Source: Lepidodermella squamata (Eukaryota > Animalia > Gastrotricha). From it: DNA of 64,000 bases. Location: the NCBI GenBank assembly GCA_047495785.1, contig JBLDXI010000012.1, positions 372,001 through 436,000 on the forward strand. Direction: 5' to 3'. Under the pieces are notes generated by a model. It saw nothing but the letters and a program-made list of their open reading frames with translations. It was not told where the DNA came from and ran no database searches. A program made the translations under genes and the position numbers. Each line of letters opens with the position of its first letter. Within the stretch, counting starts at the first letter, position 1. Below, in pieces: positions 61,640 through 64,000 of this stretch.

Positions 61640-61785
61640 CTAGTGATCGTCAGGTTTGTAAGTTTTGGTTTTGGGTCAAGTTGTAGATTCAAAATTCAAA
61701 ATTCGCGTAAAATCTCGACAAAAAAATATGCAGCAATTCAAAAATATTTATTCAAATAATTTGATACCTAATTTCACAATTCTTA

Positions 61786-61824
61786 GTGCCCTAGCAACAG
61801 CGTTCCCGCGCGTTGCTAGGGCGG
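61786..61824. promoter_or_regulatory. Inverted pair of RFX X-box-like motifs in the divergent CEP63 / CIMIP1-NME7 promoter
   Basis: GCCCTAGCAAC-N13-GTTGCTAGGGC; GTTGCTAGG resembles the RFX core, and the flanking genes are centriolar or ciliary. Confidence 0.55.
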
Positions 61825-62036
61825 GCGTGCAAATGCCGCTTTTAGTTGGCGTGGGTAATTTTATATGCGCCCTGAAGTCGATGGATCCGCCTTTTTCGTC
61901 CGATGAAGACTCATCTTGTCTTAATGCCTTCTTCATATGTTCAATCTCCCATATGCTCAGGCTAAAGGCTAAAGTGAATTGCTGAATGTCGCATTTTAAA
62001 AATTAGGGTGTTGAATTGATCGGTTACTAACATAAA

Positions 62037-62405
62037 ATGTCCAAGCCGGCTGCTGCCCCCGGTAAAGAGCTACCCGTAAAAGACTTTGTTTCCTTGGACA
62101 AATTGTGGCGCAATCGCTGTTATCACGAAGATGATGCTGCCCGAACATGGAATGCGAAATGGGGATTTCTAGTCGACAATTTTGAAGAGATCGCTCGTCA
62201 TGGTATTCGCGTGAAAAAACCTGTTCCCCGACCCACTGCCGTTGAAGTGGAGCCATCTCCCAAACCCCACCCGCAAACTGTTGCTAGAGACATCGGCTGG
62301 CGTTCTTCAGTCCCGGCTCTTAACCTTGAGAGATATGGCGGCTCTAAACCAAAGCCCTTATCTATACTTAAGCAGCTCAATTGGCCGACCGAAGCTTGCC
62401 CATGA
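62037..62405 (+). CDS. CIMIP1: Ciliary microtubule inner protein 1 (C20orf85/LLC1 family)
   Basis: DFV..D.LW......E..AA..W...WGFL, P.T....IGWRS.....LERYG, ILKQLNWP.E pattern. Confidence 0.75.
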   Translation: MSKPAAAPGKELPVKDFVSLDKLWRNRCYHEDDAARTWNAKWGFLVDNFEEIARHGIRVKKPVPRPTAVEVEPSPKPHPQTVARDIGWRSSVPALNLERYGGSKPKPLSILKQLNWPTEACP

Positions 62406-62719
62406 GACACAATATTATTAACAGATTCGGAGACTTCAATCAATTGGCTAGCTTAAACTTTTTAATGCAACATTTTTATTTCAGTTTTTTAATCAATATC
62501 CACCATTTCTAGGTGCCTGTCTGTTCTTCGCCTGTGATCTTCCTGATTGTGCCGTTTTTACCTAATATTTAATACTTCACCTCGGTGTCGACTCACTGCA
62601 GATGTCATCCAGTATCCTATCACCACTTCCTTATCAATAAACTTTTTTGTTCAAACCAATAATTAATTCTTTATTAGGCTTTCAAAAATCAGATAAATTT
62701 GCTCATCTTACAAGCAAAT

Positions 62720-64000
62720 ATGGTAAGTTCAAAATATATCTTCTGATACGTTCGCAAAGCTCTCTTTCACTAGGCCGAGGAACGGTTCGCTTTTATTGTT
62801 GAATGGTACGATGGATCTGCAGCATTGATTCGCCGATACGAATTACTTTTCTACAACCGTGATAATTCCGTGGAAATGGTATATGCGCGTCATAACAATA
62901 TATGTTGATAAATTTATGAAATCTTTTAGATCGACATCAAAAATCGGAAAATTTTCTTGCGAAGAACAAAGATAGAGTCTCTCAACTTGAAGGATCTGTA
63001 TATCGGTAGCACGGTTATGGTTTTTGGACGCCAGTTGAATATTATAGAGTACTCCGACGATTTTACAAGGCGCATATTTTCGTCCCAGAAAGAGAAGTGA
63101 GTTTTGGATAATGATTAATTCACTAGTATTAATTCACTGGATTATATTGTAGGACGTTTGCAATGATCAAACCTGATGGTCTCCCATACATCGGGCAAAT
63201 CTTGACTCTAATTAGCGAAAATGGCCTGATGATTACAAAACTGAAGATGACTCAGTTTTCAACTGAAGATGTTTACAGGCTGTATAACGATCACGTGCAC
63301 AAACCCTTCTTCAAGTGAGTTTTGTGTTTATATCAACTTGACTGGTGACAAAACTGATGTCCCAAACTAGAGACTTAATGCAACACTCGTTGAGTGGTGG
63401 TGTGGTTGGTATGGAACTTGTTGGCGAGCAGGCAATAGACAGATGGCGTCGAGTTCTCGGCCCAACAGATCCATCCGTTGCTCGCTCGGAGGCGCCAAAC
63501 AGTGTACGAGCTCGGTTTGCCATAGGTATGTACTGATAAAAGTTTTTTGTTAATAACGAATAACCCACCATTTGATATCTCCAGACGCCATCTCTATTAT
63601 TTTTACGGAGAAGATCTCGTGCCTTTTGTCTTGCTTTGTTATAAAGTTTTATTGTTTACTAATAGATACCATTCGCAACACGGCGCATGGCTCCGACTCA
63701 GTGGAAGCCGCCAAACGAGAGCTTGATTCATTTTTCATGTCAGGAGTTCAACAACGCCGCAATACAGCTGTTTTTCGTGACTGCACTTGCGCAGTCATCA
63801 AGCCGCATGCGGTGAAAGCCGGTAAATGATGAGAAAAAATCTCGATTGAAATCATCAATTAAAATGTTGTTGAAAAAATAACAGGCATTGCCGGTCGTAT
63901 CCTGGATAAAATAGTTGAGGCCAATTTTGAAATATCGGCCTTGGAGATGTTCACTCTGCAAAAGGGCCAAGCTGAAGAATTCTTTGAAGTAAGCCTCTGA
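62720..64000 (+). CDS. NME7: Nucleoside diphosphate kinase 7 (DM10 plus two NDK domains), runs off the right edge
   Basis: ATG-only first coding exon, then ERFAFIVEWYD..AALIRRYELLFY..DNSVEM (DM10), TFAMIKPD, WRRVLGP.DP..AR..APNSVRARF, RNTAHGSDS, TCAVIKPHAV. Confidence 0.93.

Overview
Gene-dense eukaryotic (metazoan) DNA of about 40% GC, with many short (~45-60 nt) GT-AG introns and motile-cilium genes. This fits a compact-genome ciliated invertebrate, but the taxon cannot be fixed from the sequence. Recognisable genes: three tandem GPI-specific phospholipase D (GPLD1) paralogs, profilin, LRRC23, MRPL47, a divergent UGCG, TRAIP, two tetraspanins, two eIF4G/MIF4G paralogs, a NEK-SAM-ankyrin kinase, a NEK-like pseudokinase, two secreted alpha-carbonic anhydrases, CEP63/DEUP1, CIMIP1 (C20orf85) and NME7. 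One MIF4G paralog is broken by a 9-bp-TSD transposon; the other ends without MA3/W2 domains. Three non-autonomous TIR elements with clear target-site duplications are present. The most novel signal is a family of seven secreted, MIDAS-less, vWA-fold-like proteins that I cannot name. Five of them are interleaved (22-37 kb) with three secreted low-complexity proteins (Gln-rich, YPN-repeat, and a 16-exon phase-1 micro-exon Gly/Pro/Asn/Gln protein), suggesting a lineage-specific extracellular material locus. Gene models were spliced by eye, and exon edges need RNA-seq confirmation.
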